Made by a program: the position numbers and the translations under genes. From NCBI RefSeq assembly GCF_000006765.1, contig NC_002516.2: a stretch of 64,000 nt of DNA, one strand, 5' to 3'. Origin of the DNA: Pseudomonas aeruginosa PAO1. Lineage in GTDB: Bacteria > Pseudomonadota > Gammaproteobacteria > Pseudomonadales > Pseudomonadaceae. The notes under the pieces were generated by a model that was not told where the DNA came from, ran no database searches, and saw only the letters and a list, made by a program, of their open reading frames with translations. Positions 1 to 10,030 of the stretch are shown here, piece after piece; position 1 is the first letter of the stretch, and every line of letters begins with the position of its first letter.

Positions 1-452
1 CGCCGCAGGACCCGCGCAAGGCCGAGCGGCACCTGCTCAAGGCCGCCGCCAGCGAACCCCAGGCCAACTACTACCTGGGGCAGATCTACCGCCGCGGCTT
101 CCTCGGCAAGGTCTATCCGCAGAAGGCCGTCGACCACCTGATCCTCGCCGCCCGCGCCGGCCAGGCCAGCGCCGACATGGCCCTGGCCCAGCTCTGGTCG
201 CAGGGCCGCGGCATCCAGCCGAACCGGGTCAACGCCTACGTCTTCGGCCAGCTCGCCGTGCAGCAGCAGGTACCGCAGGCCAGCGACCTGCTCGGGCAGA
301 TCGAAGCGCAACTGCCGCCGGCCGAACGCAGCCAGGCGCAGCAATTGCTCAAGCGCGAACAACAGAGCCGCGGCAACAACTGGCAGGCCACCGTCAGCCT
401 GCTGCAGAGCCAGGACTCGCCGATCAACGAAGAAGAGCCAGAAAGCCTATGA
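1..452 (+). CDS. algK: Alginate secretion SEL1/TPR lipoprotein AlgK, 3' part (truncated by window start)
   Basis: Open frame from base 3 to TGA 452; SEL1-like repeats ([26 protein letters not shown]); stop overlaps algE ATG (ATGA). Confidence 0.93.
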   Translation, partial: PQDPRKAERHLLKAAASEPQANYYLGQIYRRGFLGKVYPQKAVDHLILAARAGQASADMALAQLWSQGRGIQPNRVNAYVFGQLAVQQQVPQASDLLGQIEAQLPPAERSQAQQLLKREQQSRGNNWQATVSLLQSQDSPINEEEPESL

Positions 453-1921
453 ACAGCTCCCGTTCCGTCAACCCGCGGCCGTCCTTCGCGCCGCGCGCCC
501 TGTCCCTGGCCATCGCCCTGCTGCTCGGCGCGCCGGCGTTCGCCGCCAACAGCGGCGAGGCGCCGAAGAACTTCGGCCTGGACGTGAAGATCACCGGCGA
601 ATCGGAAAACGATCGCGACCTCGGCACCGCTCCCGGCGGCACCCTCAACGACATCGGTATCGACCTGCGGCCCTGGGCCTTCGGCCAGTGGGGCGACTGG
701 AGCGCCTACTTCATGGGCCAGGCGGTGGCCGCCACCGACACCATCGAGACCGACACCCTGCAATCGGACACCGACGACGGCAACAACAGCCGCAACGACG
801 GTCGCGAGCCGGACAAGAGCTACCTCGCCGCACGCGAATTCTGGGTCGACTACGCCGGCCTCACCGCCTACCCCGGCGAGCACCTGCGCTTCGGCCGCCA
901 GCGCCTGCGGGAAGACAGCGGCCAGTGGCAGGACACCAACATCGAGGCGCTGAACTGGAGCTTCGAGACCACCCTGCTCAACGCCCACGCCGGGGTCGCC
1001 CAGCGTTTCAGCGAATACCGCACCGACCTCGACGAACTGGCTCCGGAGGACAAGGACCGCACCCATGTGTTCGGCGACATTTCCACCCAGTGGGCGCCGC
1101 ACCACCGCATAGGCGTGCGCATCCACCACGCCGACGACAGCGGCCACCTGCGCCGCCCCGGCGAGGAAGTCGACAACCTCGACAAGACCTATACCGGCCA
1201 GCTCACCTGGCTCGGCATCGAGGCTACCGGCGATGCCTACAACTATCGTTCGAGCATGCCGCTGAACTACTGGGCCAGCGCCACCTGGCTGACCGGCGAC
1301 CGCGACAACCTGACCACCACCACGGTCGACGACCGGCGCATCGCCACCGGCAAGCAGAGCGGCGACGTCAATGCCTTCGGCGTCGACCTCGGCCTGCGCT
1401 GGAACATCGACGAGCAATGGAAGGCCGGCGTCGGCTACGCCCGCGGCAGCGGCGGTGGCAAGGACGGCGAGGAGCAGTTCCAGCAGACCGGGCTGGAGAG
1501 CAATCGCTCCAACTTCACCGGCACCCGCTCGCGCGTGCACCGCTTCGGCGAAGCCTTCCGCGGCGAACTGAGCAACCTCCAGGCAGCCACCCTGTTCGGC
1601 TCCTGGCAACTGCGCGAGGACTACGACGCGAGCCTGGTCTACCACAAGTTCTGGCGCGTCGACGACGACTCCGACATCGGTACCAGCGGCATCAACGCCG
1701 CCCTGCAACCGGGCGAGAAGGACATCGGCCAGGAACTCGACCTGGTGGTGACCAAGTACTTCAAGCAAGGCCTGCTGCCGGCCTCGATGAGCCAGTACGT
1801 CGACGAGCCCTCGGCGCTGATCCGCTTCCGCGGCGGCCTGTTCAAGCCGGGCGACGCCTACGGGCCGGGCACCGACTCGACCATGCACCGCGCCTTCGTC
1901 GACTTCATCTGGCGCTTCTGA
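449..1921 (+). CDS. algE: Alginate export outer-membrane porin AlgE (490 aa)
   Basis: Signal peptide, beta-strand pattern, C-terminal Phe (DFIWRF), operon position. Confidence 0.97.
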   Translation: MNSSRSVNPRPSFAPRALSLAIALLLGAPAFAANSGEAPKNFGLDVKITGESENDRDLGTAPGGTLNDIGIDLRPWAFGQWGDWSAYFMGQAVAATDTIETDTLQSDTDDGNNSRNDGREPDKSYLAAREFWVDYAGLTAYPGEHLRFGRQRLREDSGQWQDTNIEALNWSFETTLLNAHAGVAQRFSEYRTDLDELAPEDKDRTHVFGDISTQWAPHHRIGVRIHHADDSGHLRRPGEEVDNLDKTYTGQLTWLGIEATGDAYNYRSSMPLNYWASATWLTGDRDNLTTTTVDDRRIATGKQSGDVNAFGVDLGLRWNIDEQWKAGVGYARGSGGGKDGEEQFQQTGLESNRSNFTGTRSRVHRFGEAFRGELSNLQAATLFGSWQLREDYDASLVYHKFWRVDDDSDIGTSGINAALQPGEKDIGQELDLVVTKYFKQGLLPASMSQYVDEPSALIRFRGGLFKPGDAYGPGTDSTMHRAFVDFIWRF

Positions 1922-1941
1922 GCCCCGCGAGGAAACCGGAC

Positions 1942-3573
1942 ATGCCCGACATTTCCCTTTCGATCCCCCGCCGCCGGCTCCCGCGCCTGCGCCCGCTGGC
2001 CGCGGCAGTGCTCGGCGCGGTGCTGCTGCACGGCCAGGCGTGGGCGGCGCAGCCGGTGGAGAAACCGCAGCCGGTCCCGGCGCAGGCCGGCAACGAGCCG
2101 GGCCTGACCCAGGGCCTGAAGGAAACCGGCAACTACACGGTGACCACCGCGCCGGCCGAACCGTTGCACCTGGACCCGCCGAAACTGCCCGACCTCTCCG
2201 GCTACACCGCCGCCGCGGTGGAAGCCAAGATCGTGCGCAAGCCGGGTGGCCGCGCCAGCGTGCAGCGCATGGTCCAGCAGCAGCCGCTGAAGGAGTTCAC
2301 CGGTGGCAGCAACCGCCTCGCCGAATGGGTCAAGCGCCAGCGCCAGATGCCCCAGGCGATCTTCATCGAAGGCGGCTACGTGAACCTCGCCCAGCTCGCC
2401 GGCAAGCTTCCCGCCAGCGCGCTGGAACAGGTCGAGCCGGGGGTGTTCGTCGCCCGCCTGCCGATCGTGGTCAGCCAGGGCGCGACCCTCGACATCGACA
2501 AGCAGGTCAAGGAACTGCGCCTGTCCCAGGAGCGCGGCGCGTTCCTGGTCAACGACGGCATGCTGTTCGTCCGCGACAGCAAGGTCACCGGCTGGAGCGA
2601 ATCGAAGAAGGAGCCGGCCTGGTTCAAGACGCCCAACGAGTTCCGTCCGTTCCTGATCTCCTGGGGCGGCGCCGAGGTGTACCTGAGCAACAGCACCTTC
2701 ACCAGCTTCGGCTACAACGCCTCCAAGGCCTACGGCATCTCCATCTCGCAGTACAGCCCGGGCATGGACAAGCAGATGAAGCGCCCGCGCCCCAAGGGCT
2801 GGGTGATCGACTCGACCATCGTCGACAGCTGGTACGGCTTCTATTGCTACGAGGCCGACGACCTGGTGGTGAAGGGCAACACCTACCGCGACAACATCGT
2901 CTACGGCATCGACCCGCACGACCGTTCGCACCGCCTGATCATCGCCGACAACACCGTCCACGGGACCAGGAAGAAGCACGGCATCATCGTCTCGCGGGAA
3001 GTCAACGACAGCTTCATCTTCAACAACCGCAGCTACGAGAACAAGCTTTCCGGGATCGTCCTCGACCGTAACAGCGAGGGCAACCTGGTGGCCTACAACG
3101 AGGTCTATCGCAACCATTCCGACGGCATCACCCTCTACGAGAGCGGCGACAACCTGCTCTGGGGCAACCAGGTCCTGGCCAACCGCCGCCACGGCATCCG
3201 CGTGCGCAACAGCGTGAACATCCGCCTCTACGAGAACCTCGCGGCGGGCAACCAGCTGATCGGCGTGTACGGCCACATCAAGGACCTCACCAACACCGAC
3301 CGCAACATCGCCCTCGACCCATTCGACACCAAGGTCTCGCTGATCGTGGTCGGCGGCAAGCTCGCCGGCAACGGCTCCGGCCCGCTCTCGGTGGATTCGC
3401 CGCTGAGCCTCGAACTGTACCGGGTGGCGATGCTCGCCCCGACCAAATCCTCCGGCATCAGCCTGCCCGGCGTTCTCGGCGAGAAGCAGGACCAGATCCT
3501 CGACCTGCTGGTGCGCCAGGACAAGGCGGTGCTGATCGACCCCGTGGAAAGCCAGGCCGAACTCCAGGACTGA
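1942..3573 (+). CDS. algG: Mannuronan C-5 epimerase AlgG (543 aa)
   Basis: Start set at ATG 1942 behind GAGGA (track ORF 688..3573 is over-extended); YGIDPHD catalytic motif; beta-helix repeats. Confidence 0.96.
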   Translation: MPDISLSIPRRRLPRLRPLAAAVLGAVLLHGQAWAAQPVEKPQPVPAQAGNEPGLTQGLKETGNYTVTTAPAEPLHLDPPKLPDLSGYTAAAVEAKIVRKPGGRASVQRMVQQQPLKEFTGGSNRLAEWVKRQRQMPQAIFIEGGYVNLAQLAGKLPASALEQVEPGVFVARLPIVVSQGATLDIDKQVKELRLSQERGAFLVNDGMLFVRDSKVTGWSESKKEPAWFKTPNEFRPFLISWGGAEVYLSNSTFTSFGYNASKAYGISISQYSPGMDKQMKRPRPKGWVIDSTIVDSWYGFYCYEADDLVVKGNTYRDNIVYGIDPHDRSHRLIIADNTVHGTRKKHGIIVSREVNDSFIFNNRSYENKLSGIVLDRNSEGNLVAYNEVYRNHSDGITLYESGDNLLWGNQVLANRRHGIRVRNSVNIRLYENLAAGNQLIGVYGHIKDLTNTDRNIALDPFDTKVSLIVVGGKLAGNGSGPLSVDSPLSLELYRVAMLAPTKSSGISLPGVLGEKQDQILDLLVRQDKAVLIDPVESQAELQD

Positions 3574-3585
3574 GGACCCAGACGC

Positions 3586-5010
3586 ATGAAAACCCGCACT
3601 TCCCGACTGTTCCGCCTGAGCGCCCTGGCCGCCGGCCTCTGCCTGGCCCAGGCAGCCCTGGCCGCCGACCCCGGCGCGGCGCCGAGCTACCAGGCGCTGC
3701 CGGCCGGCAACCTGTGCCCGGCCGCCGCCTACGACTCGCGCTACAACACCAAGTACCTGGGCTTCTTCACCCACCTGGTGCAGGCCCAGGACGACTGGCT
3801 GTTCCGCACCACCTACGACCTGCGTACCGACTTCGGCACCAGCGCCGAAGGCTGGCGCGAACTCCGCGCACTGCGCGACGAACTCAAGCGCAAGGGCATC
3901 GAGCTGGTGGTGGTCTACCAGCCGACCCGCGGCCTGGTGAACCGCGAGAAGCTCAGCCCGGCGGAAAAGGCCGGCTTCGACTACGAGCTGGCGAAGAAGA
4001 ACTACCTGGCGACCATCGCCCGCTTCCGCCAGGCCGGCATCTGGACCCCGGACTTCTCGCCGCTGTTCGACGAGAAGGAGGAGCACGCCTACTACTTCAA
4101 GGGCGACCACCACTGGACTCCCCATGGCGCCCGGCGCAGCGCGAAGATCGTGGCCGAGACGCTGAAGCAGGTGCCCGGCTTCGAGGAGATCCCGAAGAAG
4201 CAGTTCGAAAGCAAGCGCGTCGGCCTGCTGTCCAAGCTCGGCACCTTCCACAAGGCCGCCGCGCAACTCTGCGGCAACAGCTACGCCACCCAGTACGTCG
4301 ACCGCTTCGAGACCGAGCCGGTGGGCGCCAGCGACAGCGGCGACCTGTTCGGCGACGGCGGCAACCCGCAGATCGCCCTGGTCGGCACCTCCAACAGCGG
4401 CCCGGCCTACAACTTCGCCGGCTTCCTGGAGGAGTTCAGCGGCGCCGACATCCTCAACAACGCGGTGTCCGGCGGCGGCTTCGACAGTTCGCTGCTGGCG
4501 TACATGACCAGCGAGGAATTCCACAAGAACCCGCCGAAGATCCTCATCTGGGAATTCGCCACCCACTACGACATGGCGCAGAAGAGCTTCTACCGCCAGG
4601 CCATGCCGCTGGTGGACAACGGCTGCTCCGGCCGGAAGACCGTACTCAGCCGCAAGGTCAAGCTGCGCCAGGGCCGCAACGAGGTGCTGCTGAACAGCGC
4701 CGCGCTACCGATCCGTAGCGGCAGCTACGTCGCCGACGTGACCTACAGCGACCCTTCGGTACACGAGTTGAAGAACACCATCTGGTACATGAACGGCCGC
4801 CGCGAGCAGTTGAAGATCGAGCAGTCGAAAGCCGTCGATACCGGCGGCCGCTACGTCTTCCAGCTGCGCAACGACAGCGACTGGGCCGACCAGCAGTTCC
4901 TTTCCCTGGAAATCGAAGCGCCGGAGGACATGCCCCAGGGCCTGGAGGTCCAGGCCAGCATCTGCCAGGCGGCGCCCGCCAAGGCCAGCCAGTCGGTGGC
5001 CGGGAGGTAA
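3586..5010 (+). CDS. algX: Alginate O-acetyltransferase AlgX (474 aa)
   Basis: Signal peptide; DHHW and GTS SGNH-like motifs; C-terminal carbohydrate-binding region. Confidence 0.96.
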   Translation: MKTRTSRLFRLSALAAGLCLAQAALAADPGAAPSYQALPAGNLCPAAAYDSRYNTKYLGFFTHLVQAQDDWLFRTTYDLRTDFGTSAEGWRELRALRDELKRKGIELVVVYQPTRGLVNREKLSPAEKAGFDYELAKKNYLATIARFRQAGIWTPDFSPLFDEKEEHAYYFKGDHHWTPHGARRSAKIVAETLKQVPGFEEIPKKQFESKRVGLLSKLGTFHKAAAQLCGNSYATQYVDRFETEPVGASDSGDLFGDGGNPQIALVGTSNSGPAYNFAGFLEEFSGADILNNAVSGGGFDSSLLAYMTSEEFHKNPPKILIWEFATHYDMAQKSFYRQAMPLVDNGCSGRKTVLSRKVKLRQGRNEVLLNSAALPIRSGSYVADVTYSDPSVHELKNTIWYMNGRREQLKIEQSKAVDTGGRYVFQLRNDSDWADQQFLSLEIEAPEDMPQGLEVQASICQAAPAKASQSVAGR

Positions 5011-5013
5011 ACG

Positions 5014-6117
5014 ATGAAAACGTCCCACCTGATCCGTATCGCCCTGCCCGGTGCCCTCGCCGCGGCATTGCTCGCCAGCCAGGTCAGCCAGGCCGCCGAC
5101 CTGGTACCCCCGCCCGGCTACTACGCGGCGGTCGGCGAGCGCAAGGGCAGCGCCGGCAGCTGCCCCGCGGTGCCGCCGCCGTATACCGGCAGCCTGGTCT
5201 TCACCAGCAAGTACGAAGGCTCCGATTCGGCGCGGGCGACCCTCAACGTCAAGGCGGAGAAGACCTTCCGCTCGCAGATCAAGGACATCACCGACATGGA
5301 GCGCGGCGCCACCAAGCTGGTCACCCAGTACATGCGCAGCGGCCGCGACGGCGACCTGGCCTGCGCACTGAACTGGATGAGCGCCTGGGCCCGCGCCGGC
5401 GCCCTGCAGAGCGACGACTTCAACCACACCGGCAAGTCCATGCGCAAATGGGCGCTGGGCAGCCTCTCCGGCGCCTACATGCGCCTGAAGTTCTCCAGCT
5501 CGCGGCCGCTCGCGGCCCACGCCGAGCAGAGCCGGGAAATCGAGGACTGGTTCGCCCGGCTCGGCACCCAGGTAGTCCGCGACTGGAGCGGCCTGCCGCT
5601 GAAGAAGATCAACAACCATTCCTACTGGGCGGCCTGGTCGGTGATGTCCACCGCGGTGGTGACCAACCGCCGCGACCTCTTCGACTGGGCGGTGAGCGAG
5701 TTCAAGGTCGCCGCCAACCAGGTCGACGAGCAGGGCTTCCTGCCCAACGAACTCAAGCGCCGCCAGCGCGCCCTCGCCTACCACAACTATGCGCTGCCAC
5801 CGCTGGCGATGATCGCCGCGTTCGCCCAGGTCAACGGCGTCGACCTGCGCCAGGAGAACCACGGCGCCCTGCAGCGCCTGGCCGAGCGGGTGATGAAGGG
5901 AGTCGACGACGAGGAAACCTTCGAGGAGAAGACCGGCGAGGACCAGGACATGACCGACCTCAAGGTCGACAACAAGTACGCCTGGCTGGAGCCCTACTGC
6001 GCCCTCTACCGCTGCGAGCCGAAGATGCTCGAGGCGAAGAAGGACCGCGAGCCGTTCAACAGTTTCCGCCTCGGCGGCGAAGTGACGCGGGTGTTCAGCC
6101 GCGAAGGGGGAAGTTGA
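5014..6117 (+). CDS. algL: Alginate lyase AlgL (PL5, 367 aa)
   Basis: Signal peptide; NNHSYW motif. Confidence 0.97.
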
Positions 6118-6358
6118 GGGCGTGGCGGGAAGCGGGCGCACAGGCCGGGGGCCACGCGCCCCTCTACCCCGCTCGCCGACCAGGCGTCCCACCAGGCGCC
6201 ACACCCCGACCCATGCGCGACAGACGCGGGCGGGCGCAACACCTTAGGCAACACCACGGGGAGGAAAACGGCGGGTCGTCCCGCCTTTCCTCGAGCGCTC
6301 CAGGGCGCGGAAAGGCAGGGCCGACCTGAATGGTTGACGCTCTAGAGAGAGAGACGGC

Positions 6359-7921
6359 ATGGTCTTTTCTTCAAACGTGTTCCTGTTCCTGTTCCTGCCG
6401 GTCTTTCTCGGCCTGTACTACCTGAGCGGCGAACGTTACCGGAACCTGCTGCTGCTGATCGCCAGCTACGTGTTCTACGCCTGGTGGCGGGTGGACTTCC
6501 TCCTGCTGTTCGCCGGGGTCACCGTCTTCAACTACTGGATCGGCCTGCGCATCGGCGCCGCCGGCGTACGCACCAGGGCCGCGCAACGCTGGCTGATCCT
6601 CGGCGTGGTGGTCGACCTCTGCGTGCTCGGGTACTTCAAGTACGCCAACTTCGGCGTCGACAGCCTCAACGAGATCATCACCTCGTTCGGCATGCAGCCG
6701 TTCGTGCTGACCCACATCCTGCTGCCGATCGGCATCTCCTTCTACACCTTCGAGTCGATCAGCTACATCATCGACGTCTACCGCGGCGATACCCCGGCGA
6801 CCCACAACCTGATCGACTTCGCCGCCTTCGTCGCGATCTTCCCGCACCTGATCGCCGGCCCGGTGCTGCGCTTCAAGGACCTGGTCGACCAGTTCAACCA
6901 CCGCACCCACACCGTCGACAAGTTCGCCGAAGGCTGCACCCGCTTCATGCAGGGCTTCGTCAAGAAGGTGTTCATCGCCGACACCCTGGCCGCCCTCGCC
7001 GACCACTGCTTCGCCCTGCAGAACCCGACCACCGGCGACGCCTGGCTCGGCGCCCTGGCCTACACCGCGCAGCTCTACTTCGACTTCTCCGGCTACAGCG
7101 ACATGGCCATCGGCCTCGGCCTGATGATGGGCTTCCGCTTCATGGAGAACTTCAACCAGCCCTACATCAGCCAGTCGATCACCGAGTTCTGGCGGCGCTG
7201 GCACATCAGCCTGTCGACCTGGCTGCGCGACTACCTCTACATCAGCCTGGGCGGCAACCGCGGCAGCACCTTCCAGACCTACCGCAACCTGTTCCTGACC
7301 ATGCTCCTCGGCGGCCTGTGGCACGGCGCCAACTTCACCTACATCATCTGGGGCGCCTGGCACGGCATGTGGCTGGCGATCGAGCGGGCCCTCGGAGTGA
7401 ACGCCGCGCCGCGCGTGCTCAACCCGTTGAAGTGGGTGATCACCTTCCTCCTGGTGGTGATCGGCTGGGTGATCTTCCGCGCCGAGAACCTGCAGGTCGC
7501 CTGGCGCATGTACGAAGCCATGTTCAGCTTCGGCACCTGGCAGCTCTCCGAACTGAACCGCGCCAACCTCACCGGCCTGCAGGTCGGCACCCTGGTCCTG
7601 GCCTACCTGGTGCTGGCGTTCTTCGGCCTGCGCCAGTTCTACAACCAGCCATTGCAGACCAAGGCGCCCAAGGCCGCGGCGAACAGCGACGAAGTGGCCG
7701 CCGACGGCCCGGCCAGTGCCCAGCCGCGTGCCCCGCGCGAGGCCGCCGGCGACCCGGCGGCGATCGCCTACTCGCCGAGCGGCGCGCTGGTCTACCAGCC
7801 GAGCTGGCTCAGCCAGTTGCCCGTCCTGGCCACCCGCCTGGCGCTGCTCCTGCTGTTCGCCGCCTCGGTGCTGAAGCTCTCCGCGCAGAGCTACTCGCCA
7901 TTCCTCTACTTCCAGTTCTGA
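6359..7921 (+). CDS. algI: MBOAT alginate O-acetyltransferase AlgI (520 aa)
   Basis: Polytopic membrane protein; LPIGISFYTF, FWRRWHISLS and GLWHGA MBOAT motifs. Confidence 0.97.
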   Translation: MVFSSNVFLFLFLPVFLGLYYLSGERYRNLLLLIASYVFYAWWRVDFLLLFAGVTVFNYWIGLRIGAAGVRTRAAQRWLILGVVVDLCVLGYFKYANFGVDSLNEIITSFGMQPFVLTHILLPIGISFYTFESISYIIDVYRGDTPATHNLIDFAAFVAIFPHLIAGPVLRFKDLVDQFNHRTHTVDKFAEGCTRFMQGFVKKVFIADTLAALADHCFALQNPTTGDAWLGALAYTAQLYFDFSGYSDMAIGLGLMMGFRFMENFNQPYISQSITEFWRRWHISLSTWLRDYLYISLGGNRGSTFQTYRNLFLTMLLGGLWHGANFTYIIWGAWHGMWLAIERALGVNAAPRVLNPLKWVITFLLVVIGWVIFRAENLQVAWRMYEAMFSFGTWQLSELNRANLTGLQVGTLVLAYLVLAFFGLRQFYNQPLQTKAPKAAANSDEVAADGPASAQPRAPREAAGDPAAIAYSPSGALVYQPSWLSQLPVLATRLALLLLFAASVLKLSAQSYSPFLYFQF

Positions 7922-7935
7922 GCGAGGCCCACGCC

Positions 7936-9111
7936 ATGACACAGAGCATTTCCCGCCCCCTGCAATACGCCTATATCGCCGCCTTCGGCGGGCTGCTGCT
8001 GGGGCTCGCCGGATGGTCGCTGAAGAGCGTGCCGGGCTTCTCCGCCGCGGCCGATACGCCACTGCTCAACGGCAAGCTGGCGCACGCCTTCGAAGCCCAC
8101 TACGACAAGGAATTCCCGATCAAGCGCCTGGGCACCAACCTCTGGGCCGCACTCGACTACACGCTGTTCCACGAAGGCCGCCCCGGCGTGGTGATCGGCA
8201 AGGACGGCTGGCTGTTCACCGACGAAGAGTTCAAGCCGGCACCGAGCGGCCAGCAACTGGAAGACAACTGGGCACTGGTACGCGGCGTGCAGCGGGAGCT
8301 GAATCGGCGCGGCGTCAAGCTGGTGCTCGCGGTGATCCCGGCCAAGGCCCGCCTGTATCCCGAGCACATCGGCCGCGAGCAGCCGGCCGCGCTGCACGAC
8401 AGCCTCTACCAGGACTTCCTGGCCCGCGCCCGCGCCGCCGGCATCGACAGTCCCGACCTGCTCGGCAGCCTGCGCCAGGCCAAGGACAACGGCGCGGTGT
8501 TCCTGCGCACCGACACCCACTGGTCGCCGCTCGGCGCGGAAACCGTGGCCCAGCGCCTCGGCGCGGAGATCCGCGAGACGCACCTGCTGGATGTGCCGGC
8601 GCAGAACTTCGTCACCCGCGTCGGCGAAGAACGCACGCACAAGGGCGACCTGCTCAGCTTCCTGCCGCTGGACCCGCTGTTCGACGAACTGCTGCCGCGT
8701 CCGGAGCAGTTGCAGCAACGCACCACCGAAGCCGCGCCGGCACTGCCGGGCGGCCAGCAGTCCGGCGCGGGCGACGACCTCTTCGGCGATAGCCAGCAAC
8801 CGCGCCTGGCGCTGGTCGGCACCAGCTACAGCGCCAACCCCAGGTGGAACTTCGAGGGCGCGCTGAAACAGGCGCTGTCCGCCGACCTGATCAATTACGC
8901 GAAGGAAGGCAAGGGCCCCCTCGAACCGATGCTGGAACTGCTGCAGGACGAAGGCTTCCGCAAGGACCCGCCGCAACTGCTGGTCTGGGAGTTTCCCGAG
9001 CGCTACCTGCCGATGGCCAGCGACCTCAGCCAGTTCGACGCCGACTGGGTCGCCCAGCTGAAGGCCAGCGGCGGCCGCGATGAGCGCCTGGCCGCCAGCC
9101 GCAACGATTGA
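7936..9111 (+). CDS. algJ: Alginate O-acetylase AlgJ (391 aa)
   Basis: ATG 7936 behind GAGG; DTHW and LVGTSY motifs shared with AlgX. Confidence 0.95.
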   Translation: MTQSISRPLQYAYIAAFGGLLLGLAGWSLKSVPGFSAAADTPLLNGKLAHAFEAHYDKEFPIKRLGTNLWAALDYTLFHEGRPGVVIGKDGWLFTDEEFKPAPSGQQLEDNWALVRGVQRELNRRGVKLVLAVIPAKARLYPEHIGREQPAALHDSLYQDFLARARAAGIDSPDLLGSLRQAKDNGAVFLRTDTHWSPLGAETVAQRLGAEIRETHLLDVPAQNFVTRVGEERTHKGDLLSFLPLDPLFDELLPRPEQLQQRTTEAAPALPGGQQSGAGDDLFGDSQQPRLALVGTSYSANPRWNFEGALKQALSADLINYAKEGKGPLEPMLELLQDEGFRKDPPQLLVWEFPERYLPMASDLSQFDADWVAQLKASGGRDERLAASRND

Positions 9112-9183
9112 ACGAACACAGCCAAGGCTGTTTACCCACGGGGCCGAGCGCCCCGCTGAAGAAGAAGCAACGGAGGAATACCC

Positions 9184-9834
9184 ATGAACCCGATGACCCG
9201 CCGCCACACCTGGACCCGCCTGGCCTGCGCACTTTCCCTCGGCGTCGCCGCATTCGCCGCGCAGGCCGACGAGGGCGCCCTGTACGGGCCCCAGGCACCC
9301 AAGGGCTCGGCCTTCGTCCGCGCCTACAACGCCGGCAACAGCGAACTCGACGTGTCGGTCGGCAGCACCAGCCTGAACGACGTCGCGCCGCTCGGTTCCA
9401 GCGACTTCAAGTTCCTCCCCCCCGGCAGCTACACCGCCCAGGTCGGCCAGCAGAGCCTGCCGGTCAAGCTCGACCCGGACAGCTACTACACCCTGGTCAG
9501 CCAGCCCGGCGGCAAGCCGCAGCTGGTGGCCGAGCCGCCGTTCAAGAACAAGCAGAAGGCGCTGGTACGGGTGCAGAACCTCAGCGGCTCGAAGCTGACC
9601 CTGAAGACCGCCGACGGCAAGACCGACGTGGTCAAGGACGTCGGCCCGCAAAGCCACGGCGACCGCGAGATCAACCCGGTGAAGGTGAACCTGGCGCTGT
9701 TCGACGGCAGCAAGAAGGTCAGCGACCTGAAGCCAGTCACCCTGGCCCGCGGCGAGGTGGTCTGCCTGTACGTCACCGGCAGCGGCGGCAAGCTCGCGCC
9801 GGTCTGGGTCAAGCGCCCGGTGAAGGCGGACTGA
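9184..9834 (+). CDS. algF: Alginate O-acetylation protein AlgF (216 aa)
   Basis: GGAG RBS; signal peptide; LYGPQAPKGSAFVR N-terminus. Confidence 0.95.
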   Translation: MNPMTRRHTWTRLACALSLGVAAFAAQADEGALYGPQAPKGSAFVRAYNAGNSELDVSVGSTSLNDVAPLGSSDFKFLPPGSYTAQVGQQSLPVKLDPDSYYTLVSQPGGKPQLVAEPPFKNKQKALVRVQNLSGSKLTLKTADGKTDVVKDVGPQSHGDREINPVKVNLALFDGSKKVSDLKPVTLARGEVVCLYVTGSGGKLAPVWVKRPVKAD

Positions 9835-10030
9835 GACCGACCGGGAGAGGCTCGCCCCTCCCGGCATTCCACACAACAAGACCGGCCCGACACCGGCGCA
9901 CCAACCGTCAGCGCTCCCGCAGAAGGAGCGCACTGGAGAGGTCACCCGGGGCTCCGTGGAGCCCGGTAACGAGATATCCCGCCGCGCGGCGGGATCCCTA
10001 GACAGACGCATCGCTTCAAGGAGAAACAAC

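Noticed and set aside
688-1941. N-terminal 418-aa extension of AlgG in the ORF track
   Set aside because: Overlaps algE off-frame; the true start with RBS and signal peptide is at 1942. Similar over-extensions were trimmed for algJ, algA, arnC/D/T/E, fruK, mmsA, glpR, glpD and the beta-oxidation genes
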